From the NCBI GenBank assembly GCA_963924565.1, contig OZ004614.1, forward strand, positions 5,270,001-5,334,000: 64,000 nt of DNA, in the 5' to 3' direction. The first letter of the stretch is position 1. Every line of letters begins with the position of its first letter. The position numbers and the translations under genes were made by a program. Positions 61,092 to 64,000 of the stretch are shown piece by piece. The notes under the pieces are model-generated. The model was given only the letters and a program-made list of their open reading frames with translations. It did no database searches and had not been told where the DNA came from. Source of the stretch: Ascidiella aspersa. Its lineage: Eukaryota.

Positions 61092-62554
61092 GCTTCTTTG
61101 GCCTGAAAATGGTCGCAATGTGACCTGTATCCCTTACTATTCGTGTAATGTTCGGGTTGGCGACCATTTTCTAGTCTTGGACAAAACCAAACTCAGAAAG
61201 ATCTTTGTGGAACGTAATAAATTTATACTGATAATTTTGTACTTAAAATAAGTTAAGGCACTTTATTATAAGTTGTAAAAGGTTGCCGACCCATGGTATA
61301 GCGTGTAAGCGATCGACAAAGTCCCAATCTATTCATAGACAGTTTAACTTAAGCCCACGTTAAGTCAAATGTGAAACATAAGAAGTCAAGTCTTTGTTCA
61401 AGTTACTAACATAACAATTCAAGTCATTTAAATAAAAATAAAATGTTAAATCATTTACAATTGGTAAACTCATCGGATCCTGAGCGACAGTATAATAACC
61501 AAACAAAACAAAAAAGTAACATATTTCGAGAAAACTGCTTTAAAAGCAGAAATTTGGGGGAAATAGGCAATTTTTCTAAAAAAATATTAAGTTCATGTCA
61601 AGTGAAGTGAGTCGACCCAAAACACTTAGGTCAAGTCAAATCATTGTGAAATATCGACTTACGTGCACTTAAATTCATTGACTTAGGTCGTTACAACACT
61701 GGCAAATCGTATACCTGATGCTTTCGTGGTGCTCGCAATTTATAATTTTTCACGTTAAAATACTGCTTTATTGTTTGTTATGCACATTGTTGTTGTGCTT
61801 TTATGTGAAAAACGTTCACTAGTATACAATTCTAATGTTTTAACCAGAAATGTATTTGACTTAAAAACACAACAACCAAACTGGTTACTTTATTTATTTG
61901 TTTATGTAAACATGGCCATCGAGAAAGACGTTAATTATATTTGTTTAAGGCGAAACCTAAAAAAAAACTGAAGTAAAAAAGCAAAAAAGTATTTACAAGC
62001 AGGGTCTTGCATACTAAAATTTGGACAAAATCTATATTGCAAAACTCAGAAAGGCTATTAAAAAAATTGGCGGAGGTAACCAATCAAAGCCTTCAATCAA
62101 CTAGTTTTGATATCAGAAAAAAAAAACTATATCTATACAAACTATAGGAGATAGAGGTTAAACAATTAGTGGATTAACATGCCATAAACGGTTAAATATT
62201 CTTAAGGATGTAATTTTAACGTTAAATAGGTAAGTATGAAGTCATTTAGCTGTGACGTAAAGCATTTTGGCCACCGGGAACTGTCGTCTTACTGGAGGAT
62301 TTAAGTCTAAAAATAGGTTTAGATACAAAGAAAATGAAAGATTACTGAAACGTTTTACTTGAAACAAAGCATATATAGTAGAATATAAATATTGTTTTAC
62401 GCCTAGTTCTCTTCCCATGATTCCAAACCACCTGTATTTACACCTTTTTGAAAAAGGATTAATTTTTTAGCAAGAGAAAAAAAAAACAGAAAAATTCGCG
62501 AAATCCCCATTGTGAAATCTGACGTGTCGTAGCTGAGCAGGTGCTGGATACAAA

Positions 62555-63008
62555 TATAAAACCTGCGGGCGACAGGCCTATGTTAAACACCACCCTTAAT
62601 TGGCCATTCTGCATTAATATCCATTTTATATAAAATCGACCTTTTATATCATGTTTAGTTTTCTGAAATGTCAAACAACGGTCAGTATAGTGAAACTTTA
62701 TTCGTAAGTCACTGCCAAGCGTAAAATTGGGCCGGCTATTAAGGTAATTAGGCGTCGGTTTTAAGGTGAATTAATCTATAGACGCTGTATCTTTTCTTAT
62801 CGTGGTGTAAGTGGTTTCTAATAAAGATAATAAACATCGTCACTTTAAGTTAAAAATCTTTCCTACCGGCTATTTACGGCAAACTTAGCAAACTAAATGC
62901 TACATGTTGCACGTTTTGTACTATATTTACAAATTCGGAAAATAATTCTTTCTTGTGAATTACCAGTGTGTTTAAAATCATGAAGCCGGAGAAGAAAAAC
63001 CAAAACCC
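62555..63008 (-). repeat. Inverted, diverged copy of the LDLa-GPCR 3' flank
   Basis: Reverse complement aligns by eye with 9001-9440 and 39830-40265 (e.g. aaatatagtacaaaacg.gcaacat.tagcatt; ttaatgcaga.tggccaattaa). Confidence 0.8.
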
Positions 63009-63338
63009 ATGTTAGATTGAATTGCATTGAGAGTGATCGAACTAGCATGGAAATAGGAATCTGCAAGCGAAGAGCATGGAACAGTTATAATGGCCATATG
63101 AAAACTCCCTCCATCGTTATTATTGGACCTTCGGAAATGTGTTACTTTACAACGCATGATACAATGGCATTGGAGGTGTATTTAATGATATGACGTAAAA
63201 GATTCACACAAGTCGTTAAATTTGCCACGCATTTATATCAATTTGCACTTTTATTTAACTTTGATTTATTTACTTTTTTGTGCCATTGGTATGCACTGTC
63301 GATCTTGGACGATTGTTAAAGCAGACCATCCGGTAGCA

Positions 63339-63775
63339 CAGTGCTTCTTAAACTTTTTTATTTTTGTTTACCCCTAGCATCTATCTCCAGATTTAATTTC
63401 ACCCTTGTATTGTGGTATGATAAAAATATCTCGTCTATATGTATATAACAGCACAATTTGACTTAGGTTGTTTCAATTTTGGTTAAGATCAACTCGAGCT
63501 AAGTTTTACAAATCTACAATTTCTCGAGTCCCGAAATATAAAGCTACAAAACACAAAACACAGTCACAATTTTTTTGTACTTAAACACTTAGTGCAAACC
63601 AACTTCACTATTACAATAAGCAAAAAAAAAACAGTTCAGTAGTCGATTTACTGCAGAGCTATCATCCATTTTTGACGGTTCACCCTTATTCACCCGTTTT
63701 GATTGGTACACCCCTGCAAATTTCAATTTTTTTTTTCACCCTGGGGTGAGCCATTCACCTGTTTAAGAAACACTA
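63339..63775. mobile_element. hAT-type MITE, family A
   Basis: Same TIRs and body as 43799-44157; TSD cggtagca/ctgtagca. Confidence 0.85.
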
Positions 63776-64000
63776 CTGTAGCATACTGATAGTAAAATGT
63801 TTTGCAATTAAGGTATAGAAGGCAGAAAGTCTAGTTTTCTCTAGGGGGAATGGCTTCGTAACCGAGAGATTAGGCACCTACTAATGTTTATCAAGCGGAT
63901 GTTTTTTTATAATGTATACTATGTGGACTACTGATCGCCATCAGCAGAGACGATCCACAAAATCGGTTGAACGTATATCTTGCAAAATTAATTTACGATA

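Overview
AT-rich eukaryotic DNA, most likely an ascidian/tunicate (inferred from gene families and intron style). The left 40 kb is a tandem array of five intronless receptor genes. Each encodes a signal peptide, ~15-16 LDLa-like modules and an RXFP/GRL101-type 7TM domain, with no LRR region. Two copies are intact (5137-8727, 19948-23436). Three are broken inside the ectodomain only (11642-15148, 28296-31788, 35968-39552). The copies show focal hypervariable patches, LDLa copy-number change and mosaic exchange tracts, consistent with a diversifying receptor repertoire. An isolated calcyphosin-2-like terminal exon lies at 756-934. The right 24 kb holds a 10-exon ZP-domain transmembrane gene on the minus strand (41456-51859), head-to-head with a 6-exon orphan class A GPCR (54703-61091, one GC-AG intron). 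Introns and intergenic DNA there carry a tRNA-Pro(CGG) plus a transposon-split twin, many hAT-type MITEs (one nested), a 71-bp minisatellite that amplifies a splice donor, long perfect palindromes, and several Penelope-type minimal hammerhead ribozyme motifs. All calls were made by eye; no searches were run.
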